Assembly: GCA_947589005.1 (NCBI GenBank) | Contig: CANPZO010000012.1 | Location: 5,980 to 69,979, forward strand | Origin: an uncultured Clostridia bacterium | GTDB taxonomy: Bacteria > Bacillota > Clostridia > UMGS1883 | Length of the DNA stretch: 64,000 nucleotides | Direction of reading: 5' to 3' | Part shown: one piece after another, positions 38,705-49,318 of the stretch | How the letters are laid out: each line of letters opens with the position of its first letter | How positions within the stretch are numbered: the stretch's first letter is position 1 | Position numbers and translations under genes: made by a program | Notes under the pieces: model-generated | Told to the model about the DNA's origin: nothing | Database searches by the model: none | The model's input: the letters and a program-made list of their open reading frames with translations, nothing else

Positions 38705-40027
38705 ATGAAACCAACCATCGCCATAGTCGGCCGCCCAAATGTGGGCAAGTCCACCCTGTTCAACCAGATGGTGGGCAGCCGCATCTCCATAGTGGAGGAC
38801 ACCCCCGGCGTTACCCGCGACCGTATCTACGCTCAGGGCGAGTGGCTCGGCCGTACCTTCACCCTCATAGATACCGGCGGCATCGAGCCATACTCCAAGG
38901 ACGTCATACTCGAGCAGATGCGGCTTCAGGCGGAGATAGCCATCGAGACCGCCGACGTCATAATCTTCATGGTCAACGTCCGTGACGGTCTTACCGCCGC
39001 AGACAGCGACGTGGCCGCCATGCTGCAAAAAAGCGGCAAGCCCATAGTCCTCGTCTGCAACAAGGTGGACACCCCCGGCGAGCCTCCCATGGAGCTTTAC
39101 GAGTTCTACAATCTGGGGCTGGGGGACCCGATGCCCGTGTCCTCGGTACACAAGATGGGCTTCGGCGACGTGCTGGACGAGTGTGTGAAGCACTTCCCTC
39201 CCGAGACAGAGGAGGAGGAAAGCGACAGCATAAGGGTCGCCGTCGTAGGCAAGCCCAACGCCGGAAAGAGCAGCCTTATCAACCGAATACTCGGCGAAAA
39301 CCGGGTCATCGTCTCGGACGTGGCCGGCACCACCCGCGACGCCATCGACTCCGAATACGAGCGCGACGGCCAAAAATACACCTTAATCGACACCGCCGGC
39401 ATCCGCCGCCGCTCCAAGGTGGAGGACGCGGTGGAGCGTTACAGCGTTATCCGCAGCTACGGCGCCATCGAACGCTGCGACGTGTGCCTTGTGCTCATCG
39501 ACGCGGTGACCGGCATAACCGAGCAGGACACCAAAATCGCCGGCTACGCTCACGACGAGGGCCGGGCCTCGATAATCGTGGTAAACAAGTGGGACGCCGT
39601 CGAAAAGGACGACAGGACCATGAACGCTTTCCTTAAGGACATCAGGGACAAGCTGGGCTTCATGTCATACGCTCCGGTGTTGTTCATCTCCGCCCTCACC
39701 GGTCAAAGGGTGAACAAAATTTTCGACAGTATCGCCCTTGTGTCCGGCCAGCACTCCATGCGGGTACAGACCGGCGTTCTCAACGACGTGCTGGCCGACG
39801 CGGTGCTGAGGGTGCAGCCGCCCTCCGACAAGGGCAAGCGGCTTAAGCTATACTATATGACTCAGGCGTCGGTGAAGCCCCCCACCTTTATCGTTTTTGT
39901 CAACGACAAGGAGCTGGCTCACTTCAGCTATATGCGATATATTGAAAATCAGCTCAGGGAGAGCTTCGGCCTTACCGCGACGCCGGTGAGATTAATTGTG
40001 AGAGAGAGGAAGAAGGAAAATGAATAA
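38705..40027 (+). CDS. der: Ribosome-associated GTPase Der (EngA), tandem GTPase domains
   Basis: Two G-domains with GRPNVGKST and [10 protein letters not shown]-loops plus KH-like C-terminus. Confidence 0.95.
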   Translation: MKPTIAIVGRPNVGKSTLFNQMVGSRISIVEDTPGVTRDRIYAQGEWLGRTFTLIDTGGIEPYSKDVILEQMRLQAEIAIETADVIIFMVNVRDGLTAADSDVAAMLQKSGKPIVLVCNKVDTPGEPPMELYEFYNLGLGDPMPVSSVHKMGFGDVLDECVKHFPPETEEEESDSIRVAVVGKPNAGKSSLINRILGENRVIVSDVAGTTRDAIDSEYERDGQKYTLIDTAGIRRRSKVEDAVERYSVIRSYGAIERCDVCLVLIDAVTGITEQDTKIAGYAHDEGRASIIVVNKWDAVEKDDRTMNAFLKDIRDKLGFMSYAPVLFISALTGQRVNKIFDSIALVSGQHSMRVQTGVLNDVLADAVLRVQPPSDKGKRLKLYYMTQASVKPPTFIVFVNDKELAHFSYMRYIENQLRESFGLTATPVRLIVRERKKENE

Positions 40028-40661
40028 TGTCATAACTACCGGCGATATGCTTTTAATGCTGCTGATGGGCTATCTCATCGGCTCGCTGAACTTCGCCATA
40101 ATCTACTCAAAGCTGTTCAAAAAGGACGACATCCGCAAACACGGCAGCGGCAACGCCGGGGCCACAAATGTGCTGCGCACTTACGGCAAAGCGGCGGCGG
40201 CCCTTGTGTTTGTCCTCGATATACTCAAGGGCGCGGCGGCGGTGCTCATAGCCAACCTGCTCTATCCCAACTCCCGCGACATCTGCGCCTGCTTCGCGGC
40301 GGCAGGGGCCGTTCTGGGCCACAACTTCCCCTGCTATTACGGCTTCTCCGGCGGCAAGGGCGTGGCCACCGGCTTTGCGGTGCTGCTGTTGCTGGACTGG
40401 CGGGTGGCGCTCATAGCTCTGGGGGTGTTCCTGATAACGGCGCTCGTCACCCGCTATGTGTCCATCGGCTCGACGGCGGCCGCTATCGCCGCGCCGGTAG
40501 CGGCGATAGTATTCCATTTTGTAAACAACAGCGTCAGCGCGGCCGTCTGCGTTCTCTCCGTCTGCCTGGGCATTTTGTGCATACTTCGGCACAAGGAGAA
40601 TTTTGTCCGCCTCCGTCAGGGACGGGAAAACAGAATAGGCGGCCGGTCCGATAAGAAATAA
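40020..40661 (+). CDS. plsY: Glycerol-3-phosphate acyltransferase PlsY
   Basis: [16 protein letters not shown] and GGKGVATG signature motifs of PlsY; multi-TM. Confidence 0.9.
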   Translation: MNNVITTGDMLLMLLMGYLIGSLNFAIIYSKLFKKDDIRKHGSGNAGATNVLRTYGKAAAALVFVLDILKGAAAVLIANLLYPNSRDICACFAAAGAVLGHNFPCYYGFSGGKGVATGFAVLLLLDWRVALIALGVFLITALVTRYVSIGSTAAAIAAPVAAIVFHFVNNSVSAAVCVLSVCLGILCILRHKENFVRLRQGRENRIGGRSDKK

Positions 40662-40695
40662 CGGTCATTCGAGAAAAACAGCAGGAGGGAAACCA

Positions 40696-41694
40696 ATGAA
40701 CATATCCGTTATCGGCAGCGGCGGCTGGGGCACGGCCCTAACCCTGCTCCTGTGCAGGAGCGGTCACAGGGTCTGCCTTTGGAGCTATCTGCCCGAGGAA
40801 AGCGAAAGACTGAAAAACGACCGCGAAAACAAGGAATTCCTGCCCGGTGTCCCGTTCGGGGACGCTGACATACGCTTCACCTGCGATATCGACGAGGCCG
40901 CGGAGTTCGGCGATATACTCGTCAGCGCCGTGCCCAGCATGGCGGTGGCCTCCACCGCGGAAAAGCTGGCAAAAAAGGCCGACGGCAAGATAATAGTAAA
41001 CGTTTCAAAGGGCATAGACGAAAAATCTCTCCGGCGGCTGTCGGAGATAATTTCCGAAAAGCTGCCCCGCTCCACCGTGGCCGTCCTCAGCGGGCCAAGC
41101 CACGCCGAGGAGGTGGCCAGAGGCATACCCACCACCAACGTGGCCGCCTGCGCCGACCCCGAAACGGCCGCCAAGGTTCAGCAGATATTCAACTGCGAGA
41201 CCTTCCGCGTCTATACCAACCCCGACGTCTGCGGCGTGGAGCTTGGAGGCGCCATGAAAAACGTCATCGCTCTCTGCGCCGGAATTGCCGACGGCTGCGG
41301 CTTCGGCGACAACACAAAGGCCGCCCTCATGACCCGCGGCCTGCACGAGATAAGCCGTCTCGGTGTGGCGATGGGGGCCAGAGAAAAGACCTTCGCCGGA
41401 CTGAGCGGCGTGGGCGATTTGATAGTCACCTGCACAAGTATGCACAGCCGCAACCGTCGGGCGGGCATACTGCTCGGCCGGGGCAAGACCCTTGACGAGG
41501 CCCTCAGCGAGGTGCACATGACCGTGGAAGGCGTTTGGGCCACCAGAGCCGGCTACGAGCTGGGGAAAAAATACAATGTCGAGCTGCCTATCATAAATCA
41601 GGCTTACGCGGTGCTGTTCGAGGGGAAAAGCCCCCTCGCCGCCGTAAAAGAGCTTATGACCAGGAGCGCGAAAAGCGAGGATCAGCTGCTGTGA
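40696..41694 (+). CDS. gpsA: NAD(P)H-dependent glycerol-3-phosphate dehydrogenase
   Basis: MNISVIGSGGWGTALTLLL Rossmann N-terminus; GpsA catalytic region NPDVCGVELGGAMKNVIA. Confidence 0.95.
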   Translation: MNISVIGSGGWGTALTLLLCRSGHRVCLWSYLPEESERLKNDRENKEFLPGVPFGDADIRFTCDIDEAAEFGDILVSAVPSMAVASTAEKLAKKADGKIIVNVSKGIDEKSLRRLSEIISEKLPRSTVAVLSGPSHAEEVARGIPTTNVAACADPETAAKVQQIFNCETFRVYTNPDVCGVELGGAMKNVIALCAGIADGCGFGDNTKAALMTRGLHEISRLGVAMGAREKTFAGLSGVGDLIVTCTSMHSRNRRAGILLGRGKTLDEALSEVHMTVEGVWATRAGYELGKKYNVELPIINQAYAVLFEGKSPLAAVKELMTRSAKSEDQLL

Positions 41695-42884
41695 AAATAG
41701 CCGTCATAGGCGGCGGGGCCTCGGGCCTGACCGCCGCAATTTACGCGAAGAGGACAAATCCCGGCGCGCGGGTCACGGTTTTCGAGGGCAACAGGCGGGT
41801 CGGCAAAAAGCTGCTGTCCACTGGCAACGGCCGCTGCAATTTGAGCAACGCGGACATTTCCGCCGCCAGATATATCTCGAGGGACCCCGCCCGGCTGAGG
41901 GCGTCGCTGGAGGGCAGGGGCTTTGATTTCGCGCGGGAGATGTTCCGGGGCCTGGGAGTGCCGCTGACGCTGGAGGACGGACGGGCCTACCCCCGCAGCA
42001 TGAGGGCGGCCTCGGTATTGGACGCCCTGCGCTTTGAGTGCGAACGCCTCAAGGTCGAAACGGTGCTCGAGGCAAAAATAAACGAAACGGTACATTCGTC
42101 CAAGGTTTTCCGCGTGGGCGCGGGAACCTTTGACCGCGTCTGCCTGGCCTGCGGCGGCAAGGCCGCGCCGGGTCAGGGCACCGACGGCAGCGGCTTCGAC
42201 ATGGCGCGGAGCCTGGGGCACAGGGTCTACGAGCCCTATCCCGCTCTTGTGCAGCTTCGGACGGAGGGCGGCGAAAGGGACCTCAAGGGCATACGCGTCC
42301 GTGCCGGCGCCAGGGCCGTTGTCCGTGGGGAGGCCGTCCGCGAGGAGACCGGCGAGGTGCAGTTCACGGACTACGGGCTGTCGGGCATACCCATAATGCA
42401 GCTTTCCTCCGTGTTCAACGGGGAAATGGAGGTGCTTCTCGACCTGTTCCCCGGAGAGGACTTCGGCGCGGTGGTGGAAGCCCTGCTTTCAATGTCCGAA
42501 AGCGTCGGCGACTTAGCCCTGCCGGACTTTATGGGGGGCTATTTTCCGAAGGGCATCACCCGCAGGGTCTGCCGCGGCTGCGCCCTGGATACGGAAACGC
42601 CGGTGAACCGGCTCACCGTCCGGGACATAAAGCGTTTTGTTCAGACGGCCAAGGCCCTTCGCTTCAACGTCGCCGGCACCAATTCGTGGCCGGACGCGCA
42701 GACCACGAGGGGCGGCGTCGCCCTGAGCGAGGTGGATCCGCTCACCATGGAGTCGAAAATAGTGCGCGGCCTTTACTTTGCCGGCGAAATTCTGGACGTG
42801 TGCGGCGACTGCGGGGGCTACAACCTCCACTGGGCCTGGGTCAGCGGTTCGAGAGCGGGCGAAGCGATGGCCGCCCCGGAGTAA
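41691..42884 (+). CDS. HI0933/BaiN-like NAD(P)/FAD-dependent flavoprotein
   Basis: VKIAVIGGGASGLTAAIYAKR dinucleotide fold; GTG start overlapping the gpsA stop (GTGA). ORF-track upstream start lies inside gpsA and is rejected. Confidence 0.8.
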   Translation: MKIAVIGGGASGLTAAIYAKRTNPGARVTVFEGNRRVGKKLLSTGNGRCNLSNADISAARYISRDPARLRASLEGRGFDFAREMFRGLGVPLTLEDGRAYPRSMRAASVLDALRFECERLKVETVLEAKINETVHSSKVFRVGAGTFDRVCLACGGKAAPGQGTDGSGFDMARSLGHRVYEPYPALVQLRTEGGERDLKGIRVRAGARAVVRGEAVREETGEVQFTDYGLSGIPIMQLSSVFNGEMEVLLDLFPGEDFGAVVEALLSMSESVGDLALPDFMGGYFPKGITRRVCRGCALDTETPVNRLTVRDIKRFVQTAKALRFNVAGTNSWPDAQTTRGGVALSEVDPLTMESKIVRGLYFAGEILDVCGDCGGYNLHWAWVSGSRAGEAMAAPE

Positions 42885-42889
42885 AGCTT

Positions 42890-44446
42890 ATGATAAAACT
42901 GTCCAATGTTCGTTTACCCATAAATTATAATGAGGATATTCTTCGGGCCGAGGCGGCCCGCAAGCTCCACACCAAGGAGAGCATCATCTCCCGGGCGGAG
43001 CTTTTTCGTCTTTCTCTGGACGCCAGGGACAAGGGCGACATACACTATCTGGCCGCGCTGCTGGTAAGCATCGAAAACGAAAATTCCTTTCTCAATCACA
43101 AGGACGCGGAAAAATACGTTCCCTATGTCTATCCCCAGCCGGCGGTGAGCCGCCTCCTTCGGCGGCCCGTGGTCGCGGGCGGCGGTCCGGCGGGGCTGTT
43201 CGCCGCGCTGATACTGGCCTATGCCGGAGCGAGGCCCATACTCGTCGAGCGGGGCCGCGACGCGGACAGCCGCGCAAAGGACGTGGCGGCCTTTCAGCGG
43301 GGCGGCGCCCTTGACCCCGAGAGCAACGTCCAGTTCGGCGAGGGCGGGGCGGGGACCTTTTCCGACGGAAAGCTCACCACCGGCACCCGCGACCCACGAC
43401 TGCGCAAGGTCATCGCTGAATTTATCGACGCGGGGGCGCCGGAGGAGATAGCCTACCTCGCCAAACCGCACATAGGCACCGACAGGCTGATAGAGGTGGT
43501 AAAAAACCTCCGCCGCAAGATTATCGCCCTCGGCGGCACTGTACGCTTTAGCTGTAAGATGACTGATTTGTACATCGAAAACGGCCGTCTTCGGGGCGTG
43601 ATGACAACACTCGGCCCCATAGACACGGACAACCTTATACTCGCCACGGGCCACAGCGCCAGGGACGTGTTCGCCCTCTGCGCCGAAAAGGGGCTGATGA
43701 TGGAACGGAAGCCCTTTTCCGTGGGCGTCCGCATCGAGCACCCGCAGGCCCATATCCAAAAAATGCAGTACGGCTCGGCCGGGGGGCTGCCTCCGGCGGA
43801 CTACAAGGCGGCGGTACACCTGAAGGACGGCCGCGGGGTCTACACCTTTTGTATGTGTCCCGGAGGCGAGGTAATAGCCTCCGCCAGCGAAGAAAACACC
43901 GTGGTCACCAACGGCATGAGCCTCCACGCCCGTTCGGGCAAAAACGCCAACAGCGCCCTGCTGGTGTCGGTAAATCCGGAGGACTTTGACAGCGACGACC
44001 TTTTCGCGGGAGTCAAGCTCCAGCAAAAGCTTGAGCGCCGGGCCTTTTACATGGGCGGCGGCGACTACAGGGCGCCGGTGACGCTGACGGCGGACTTCCT
44101 CAAGGGACAGAAAACCGTCTCTCTCGGCTCGGTGGAGCCCACCTATCCCATCGGGGTGACGCCCGCGGATTTGCGAAAGCTGTTCCCGAAATTTATCGGG
44201 GACGCCCTTGCCGAGGGCATAAGCCTTATCGACCGGCGGCTTCGGGGCTTTGCCCTGCCCGACGCGCCGCTGACGGGGGTGGAGAGCCGCTCCTCCTCTC
44301 CTCTGCGCATACTTCGGGGGGCGGATCTCCAAGCCTCGGTAAGGGGAATTTATCCCTGCGGCGAGGGCGCGGGCTACGCCGGAGGGATAATGTCCGCCGC
44401 CGTGGACGGGATACGCTGCGCCGAGGCGGTGCTGACAAACAAATAA
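42890..44446 (+). CDS. FAD-dependent protein (COG2509-like, NAD(FAD)-utilising dehydrogenase family)
   Basis: PVVAGGGPAGLFAALILAYAG FAD-binding fold after an about 100-aa N-terminal domain. Start MIKLSNV at 42890, 6 nt after previous stop. Confidence 0.8.
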   Translation: MIKLSNVRLPINYNEDILRAEAARKLHTKESIISRAELFRLSLDARDKGDIHYLAALLVSIENENSFLNHKDAEKYVPYVYPQPAVSRLLRRPVVAGGGPAGLFAALILAYAGARPILVERGRDADSRAKDVAAFQRGGALDPESNVQFGEGGAGTFSDGKLTTGTRDPRLRKVIAEFIDAGAPEEIAYLAKPHIGTDRLIEVVKNLRRKIIALGGTVRFSCKMTDLYIENGRLRGVMTTLGPIDTDNLILATGHSARDVFALCAEKGLMMERKPFSVGVRIEHPQAHIQKMQYGSAGGLPPADYKAAVHLKDGRGVYTFCMCPGGEVIASASEENTVVTNGMSLHARSGKNANSALLVSVNPEDFDSDDLFAGVKLQQKLERRAFYMGGGDYRAPVTLTADFLKGQKTVSLGSVEPTYPIGVTPADLRKLFPKFIGDALAEGISLIDRRLRGFALPDAPLTGVESRSSSPLRILRGADLQASVRGIYPCGEGAGYAGGIMSAAVDGIRCAEAVLTNK

Positions 44447-44463
44447 AATGTCCACAATCACCG

Positions 44464-44498
44464 CGGGGAGGGAGCCGTTTCCCTCCCCGCTTATTTTG
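44464..44498 (+). terminator. Rho-independent terminator
   Basis: GCGGGGAGGGAG-ccgttt-CCCTCCCCGC followed by TTATTTTGT. Confidence 0.8.
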
Positions 44499-44532
44499 TG
44501 TCTATTTTGTACATTTTTCTCTATTATCTACA

Positions 44533-44561
44533 TTGATTTTTTGTATATTGTGTGATAGAAT
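44533..44561 (+). promoter_or_regulatory. Putative promoter TTGATT-17-TAGAAT for the GH43 multidomain gene
   Basis: caTTGATTttttgtatattgtgtgaTAGAATgatt. Confidence 0.45.
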
Positions 44562-44597
44562 GATTTTAAAGTATAACCACAGAAAGGAAATGGTAAA

Positions 44598-47500
44598 ATG
44601 AAAAATGTTTTCGCGTTCATCGTCACACTGGCAATGATACTGAGCGTCGTGCCCACGTTCTCATACGCCGCCGACAGCAGCGTCATATTTTCCGCCAGCT
44701 TTGACGAAGGCATTGCCGCCGAGACCGGCAAGATAGAGCAGACGGGCTCCGGCTTTGAGGTTAGGCCCGGTATTCACGGCAATGCCGCCTACATACCCGC
44801 CGGCGCCGGCAATTATCTGCTGCTGACCGACGGCGAAGGCAATAACAACCTGCTCGTCGGCAAAACCGCCGTGACAATCACCTTCTTCGAGAAGAGAGAC
44901 GACGGAGACGGGCGCTGGCCGCTGTTTGCCGCTCCCGGCAGCGGGGCTCAGGTTTATAACGGCGAGAATTATTTCGGCCTCTTCGACTACGACGCCTTCC
45001 GTGTGGAGCGTTATGTGAACGGCCGCGATAAGGATACCTCATCTCAGGTGGTGGGCAGCGTGACTTCCGGCTGGAAGCATATCGCCATCGTCCTCACCGA
45101 CGAGTACACCGAGCTTTTTGTCAACGGCGCGAGCGTCGGCAAAAAGGACAGCAAGTCCACGATTGCGGACCTTTTCGCCACCACGTCCTATGTTCAGCTT
45201 GGCCGTGGCAACTGGAACGCAAGCGGCGAGGACTTCTCCGGCTATATCGACGAGTTCAAGATTTTTGACGGAGCTCTTACCGATGAGGAAATCGCCAAAG
45301 AAGCGATTTTTGACACCCCCATCGAGGACGTGGCGGCCATCCTCAGCGTCCCCGCCGAGACCGAAACCGACATCACCCTTACCACCGGCTACATGGGCGC
45401 GAGCATTGAGTGGACCTCCTCCGACGAGTCCGTGCTCACCGGCGAAGGTAAGGTTACCCGCTACGGCGAGGACAAGACCGTAAAGCTTACCGCCAAAATC
45501 ACCAACGACGCCGGCAAAACCGGCACAAAGGATTTTAACGTTACCGTTAAGGCCATCCCCCTGGAGGACATCGAGGCCGCCGTTAAAATCAACGACACCG
45601 ACAACATTCTTGACTCCGTAACCCTCGCCGAAAAGGTGGGCGGCGTGGAGATAAAGTGGACCTCCTCCAACCCCGAGGTCGTTACCGACAAGGCTATGGA
45701 AAATCCCGACAGCAAGGGCTACACCATACCCGCCGGTTATGTCACCCGTACCGACAAGGACGAAAAGGTGACCGTATCCTACGAGTACAGCTACGGCGGC
45801 GAGACCAAGACCGGCAGCTATGAGCTGACAGTAAAGGCCGCCCCCGCCGAGGAGAAAAAGGTGGCCTATCTGTACGCCTACTTCCGCGGCAATGTAAACG
45901 GCGAAAACGAGCGCCTGTCCATACATTTGGCCACCAGCGAGGACGGCTACAACTGGACCGACCTCAACGGCAACTTCCCCGTTATCGAGTCCAAAATGGG
46001 CACCGAGTCCCTCCGCGACCCCTACATACTCCGCAGCCGCTACGGTGACAAGTTCTATCTTGTGGCCACCGACCTGAACACTCAGGACGGTTCGAACGAC
46101 TGGGATAAATGGAGTATGCGCGGCAGCAAGTACCTGATGGTATGGGCCTCCGAGGATCTTGTAAACTGGGGCGAGCAGCGCATGGTCAAGTTCGCCGACG
46201 ATAACATCGGCTGCGCCTGGGCTCCCGAGTCCGTTTACGACGTGGACACCGGCGAGTACCTGGTTTACGCCTCCGGCAAGGATCTGAATTATTACAATGA
46301 GACCGGCGTAAAGGTGGATACGGTTTTCGTTTCTCGCACCCGTGACTTCTACTCCTTCAGCGAGCCGGAAATATTCTTCATACCCACGAGGGACGGCAAC
46401 CGCGTTTCCGCCATCGACTCCAATATAATTCAGGCCGACGACGGCAGATACTATCACTTCTATAAGAAGGAAAACAGCTATATCATGATGATGGCCAGCG
46501 ACCACGCCGCGGGTCCCTACGAGGAGGTCGCGGGCTTCGAGACCATCGGCGGCGAGGGTCCCGCCAGCTATAAGGTCAACGGCACCAACCAGTACGCTCT
46601 GTGCGTTGACGACTACAGCAAGTATGTTCCTTACCTGACCGACGACATCGCCAGCGGTAAGTTCACAAAATCCACTACGGAAGTGACCATGCCCACCGGC
46701 TCCAAGCATGGCGGCATGATCCCCATCTCCCAGAAGGAGTACGACGCCCTTCTTGAGGCTTACGGCCCAGAGGAGGTTGACGCGGACGGCGCGGGACCCG
46801 CTTTCACCGCCGACTTCGAGGATGAAGCCGCCACCGAGGGTCTCCTCAAGGGCGGCGCGGCCATCGCCGAGGACGAGGAAACGGGCAGCAAGGTGCTTAA
46901 GCTTGACGGCGTCAAGGATAACGCCTCCTACTTCCAGTTCCCCGAAAAGCTCTTTGACCGTCAGGACACCTTCACCCTGCTCATGGATGTAAAGAGCGCC
47001 ATGACCGGCAACTTCTTCACCTTTGCCCTGGGTCAGGGCGACGGCTCCGATCACTATATGTATTTCCGCGCAAGGCAGAACGAGCTCTGTCTGGCCGAGA
47101 CCGTTTACGGCTATCAGCATGAGCGCAAGGCGCTTACCGGCGCCGACGGCATAAACGGCCAGTGGGCGAGGATAGCCCTTGTCGTTAAGCCCGGCTACCT
47201 TGCCGTTTACAAGGACGGCAAGCTCGTGACGGAAAACGCCGACGCCCGTGTGGGCGATGCCGGCGCGCTTCAGGGCGGTCAGTTCACCACCTCTCATCTG
47301 GGCGTGGACGGCCTTGTGGCCTATCTGGGCAAGTCCCTGTTCGCCGCCGACAATTACGTCAACGGCAGCTATGACAATATCGCCCTCTACCATCGGGCCC
47401 TGAGCCCCGCCGAGATAGCGGTGGACTACGACTCCGACGTTTCCGTTGAGGATATGCTTAAGGCCGACATTGACGGTGTCAATGTTCCCGCCGAGGCAAA

Positions 47501-48857
47501 GGAGGACATCACTCTCCCCACCGAGGGCGCCATGGGCAGCAAGATAACCTGGACCAGCTCCGACCCGGCCATAACCGCCGAGGGCAAGGTCACCCGTCCG
47601 GCCCTCAGCGAAGAGGACAAAAAGGTCACTCTCACCGCCGAGTTTACCCTTGCGGGCCAGTCTCAGACCAAGACCTACGAGGTTACGGTAAAGGCCGGCG
47701 GCCCCCTGTGGCATTCGGCGGCCGGCGGCAGCTGGATAAAGCACGATTTTACTCCGGTTGACGGCAAAACGGTGACGCTTTCCTTTGAGCTTACTCCCAA
47801 GGAGCTGACCGACGCCACCGTGGCCTTCGGCCCCTCCGCCCTCACTCCCAACGCCTGGGGCAGCTACAATGTATGCGTGCGCACCACCAAGGACGGCACG
47901 ATACAGGCCAACAACGGCGACGGCAGCTTCTCCGGCGACGTTCCCTACGAGGCCGGCAAAACCTATGACTTCGTGATATATGTCAATCCCCAAAATAAGA
48001 CCTACACCGTTTATGTCTGCGATATCGACTCCGATGAGGATTTCGTTTTGGTGGCGGAGGATCGTCCCTTCCGCGACAAGATGGAGGGTGCGCTCAGCTG
48101 GATCAGAGTTATGGGCGGCGACGGCGTGGCCGCCGACACCTTCACCGTGGACAATTTCCGCGCCGTCGGACTGACCGCCACACCGTCCCTGCGAATTTTT
48201 GACGGAGAGGAGACCGCTTCCTTCGGCATAGCCTATGACGTTCAAATGGACGCCATGGACGACGCCGTCGCCGGCGTGGACTTTTACGTCGGAGCGGCCC
48301 TGGCAGACAGCGACGGCAACTACACCGACGTAAGCTCCGACGAATTCTTTGCCTCCGCGCAGCCCGTTGAGGGCGCGGTCCTTGACGGGGACGGCAAATG
48401 CCGCGTGACAATCAAAGACATTTCCAACAAAAACAGCGCCCGCAGCTATGTTTTAGTCACGGTGCTGAACCTGTACAACGGCGACGAGATGATTTTGGGC
48501 ACCGACGCCACCCTTTACGGCGTGCTGGCTGAAAGTATAATGAACGCCGCCGGCACAAAGATACCCGAGGCCCGTCTCAAGGCGGCCAACGAGATAATCA
48601 GCTTCGTGGCTCAAAACAGCACTGAGAACTCCGGCGACCGGTTCCCCGACCTGCTTGACGACAAGGCCGTGCTTTACGACGGGAACGGCGACCTCAGAGA
48701 AAAGGCCGCGGGCCTGGGCATCAGCGACTCCGTCGCCCTCCAGTCGGCCGCTCCCCTGTCCCTCGAGGCGGTGGATATGGAGCTTGCCGCCACTGACGTG
48801 ACCGAGGCCGCGTCCGGCGATATCACCGTCCAGGCCGACCTGGTTCCCGAGCTTTGA
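44598..48857 (+). CDS. Secreted 1419-aa multidomain glycoside hydrolase: LamG-like + Ig-like repeats + GH43-like beta-propeller + second LamG-like + further Ig-like/beta-sandwich domains
   Basis: Signal peptide MKNVFAFIVTLAMILSVVPTFSYAADSS. GH43-like region (LRDPYILRSRYGDKFYLVATD, WAPE, DGRYYHFY). Repeated about 75-aa Ig-like modules (TLTTGYMGASIEWTSSDESVLTGEGKVTR... and TLPTEGAMGSKITWTSSDPAITAEGKVTR...). LamG-like stretches with YIDEFKIFDGALTDEEI. Confidence 0.85.
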   Translation: MKNVFAFIVTLAMILSVVPTFSYAADSSVIFSASFDEGIAAETGKIEQTGSGFEVRPGIHGNAAYIPAGAGNYLLLTDGEGNNNLLVGKTAVTITFFEKRDDGDGRWPLFAAPGSGAQVYNGENYFGLFDYDAFRVERYVNGRDKDTSSQVVGSVTSGWKHIAIVLTDEYTELFVNGASVGKKDSKSTIADLFATTSYVQLGRGNWNASGEDFSGYIDEFKIFDGALTDEEIAKEAIFDTPIEDVAAILSVPAETETDITLTTGYMGASIEWTSSDESVLTGEGKVTRYGEDKTVKLTAKITNDAGKTGTKDFNVTVKAIPLEDIEAAVKINDTDNILDSVTLAEKVGGVEIKWTSSNPEVVTDKAMENPDSKGYTIPAGYVTRTDKDEKVTVSYEYSYGGETKTGSYELTVKAAPAEEKKVAYLYAYFRGNVNGENERLSIHLATSEDGYNWTDLNGNFPVIESKMGTESLRDPYILRSRYGDKFYLVATDLNTQDGSNDWDKWSMRGSKYLMVWASEDLVNWGEQRMVKFADDNIGCAWAPESVYDVDTGEYLVYASGKDLNYYNETGVKVDTVFVSRTRDFYSFSEPEIFFIPTRDGNRVSAIDSNIIQADDGRYYHFYKKENSYIMMMASDHAAGPYEEVAGFETIGGEGPASYKVNGTNQYALCVDDYSKYVPYLTDDIASGKFTKSTTEVTMPTGSKHGGMIPISQKEYDALLEAYGPEEVDADGAGPAFTADFEDEAATEGLLKGGAAIAEDEETGSKVLKLDGVKDNASYFQFPEKLFDRQDTFTLLMDVKSAMTGNFFTFALGQGDGSDHYMYFRARQNELCLAETVYGYQHERKALTGADGINGQWARIALVVKPGYLAVYKDGKLVTENADARVGDAGALQGGQFTTSHLGVDGLVAYLGKSLFAADNYVNGSYDNIALYHRALSPAEIAVDYDSDVSVEDMLKADIDGVNVPAEAKEDITLPTEGAMGSKITWTSSDPAITAEGKVTRPALSEEDKKVTLTAEFTLAGQSQTKTYEVTVKAGGPLWHSAAGGSWIKHDFTPVDGKTVTLSFELTPKELTDATVAFGPSALTPNAWGSYNVCVRTTKDGTIQANNGDGSFSGDVPYEAGKTYDFVIYVNPQNKTYTVYVCDIDSDEDFVLVAEDRPFRDKMEGALSWIRVMGGDGVAADTFTVDNFRAVGLTATPSLRIFDGEETASFGIAYDVQMDAMDDAVAGVDFYVGAALADSDGNYTDVSSDEFFASAQPVEGAVLDGDGKCRVTIKDISNKNSARSYVLVTVLNLYNGDEMILGTDATLYGVLAESIMNAAGTKIPEARLKAANEIISFVAQNSTENSGDRFPDLLDDKAVLYDGNGDLREKAAGLGISDSVALQSAAPLSLEAVDMELAATDVTEAASGDITVQADLVPEL

Positions 48858-48874
48858 TGAAGGAGGAAAATATT

Positions 48875-49027
48875 ATGAAAAAGTTTATTTTTCCCGAAAT
48901 AGAACTTCGCGAGCTGTCCCTTAGCCGGACGGTGATGGACGACATCACCTCCAGCGCCGAATTTCCCAAGGGCGACAACGAGCAGATAGTTCCGGACCCC
49001 GCCGGTAAGGACGAGGCGGTCTGGTAA
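48875..49027 (+). CDS. Small acidic hypothetical protein (50 aa), below ORF-track cutoff
   Basis: AGGAGG RBS 7 nt before ATG; MKKFIFPEIELRELSLSRTVMDDITSSAEFPKGDNEQIVPDPAGKDEAVW; followed by a hairpin terminator. 17 nt after the GH43 gene stop. Confidence 0.4.
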   Translation: MKKFIFPEIELRELSLSRTVMDDITSSAEFPKGDNEQIVPDPAGKDEAVW

Positions 49028-49043
49028 ATAAAACCAAAACAAT

Positions 49044-49078
49044 CCCCCTCCCAGGGCTTGCCCGGGAGGGGGATTTAT
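49044..49078 (+). terminator. GC-rich hairpin terminator (short T-run)
   Basis: CCCCCTCCCAGGGC-ttg-CCCGGGAGGGGG followed by ATTTATA. Confidence 0.5.
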
Positions 49079-49223
49079 ACTGCGCCGAACAAGCGGCGTC
49101 GTTATGTAATTTTTCGGCGACCCCCGGGCAAACCGCCCTACGTCGTCGCAAACCTTACTTTGCTTGCGGGGGCCCCATGACCGCCGTTCACACAAACTTA
49201 CGTGATAATCCTAATAAAAACCC

Positions 49224-49252
49224 TTGACAAATAATTATTTTATAATTATAAT
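49224..49252 (+). promoter_or_regulatory. Consensus promoter TTGACA-17-TATAAT for the brnT-remnant/brnA unit
   Basis: ccTTGACAaataattattttataatTATAATataat; 7 nt before the brnT remnant ATG. Confidence 0.55.
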
Positions 49253-49258
49253 ATAATT

Positions 49259-49303
49259 ATGGATACATTATATTTCGAGTGGGACGAAAACACAATACAA
49301 TGA
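49259..49303 (+). pseudogene. Truncated remnant of a BrnT-family (DUF497) toxin gene: 14 codons then stop
   Basis: ATGGATACATTATATTTCGAGTGGGACGAAAACACAATACAATGA encodes MDTLYFEWDENTIQ*. FEWDEN matches the conserved BrnT N-terminal FEWDExKN motif. Only 15 nt separate it from brnA. Confidence 0.5.
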
Positions 49304-49318
49304 ATAAGGGGTGATACC

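Noticed and set aside
36551-39373. 940-aa minus-strand ORF across relA/der and 1068-aa minus-strand ORF 45039..48245 across the GH43 gene
   Set aside because: Antisense to genes with unambiguous conserved motifs; translations are Gly/Ala/Val-rich low-complexity sequence.
41535-41690. ORF-track start 41535 for the HI0933-like flavoprotein
   Set aside because: That start lies inside gpsA in another frame. GTG at 41691 gives the canonical VKIAVIGGG Rossmann N-terminus overlapping the gpsA stop.
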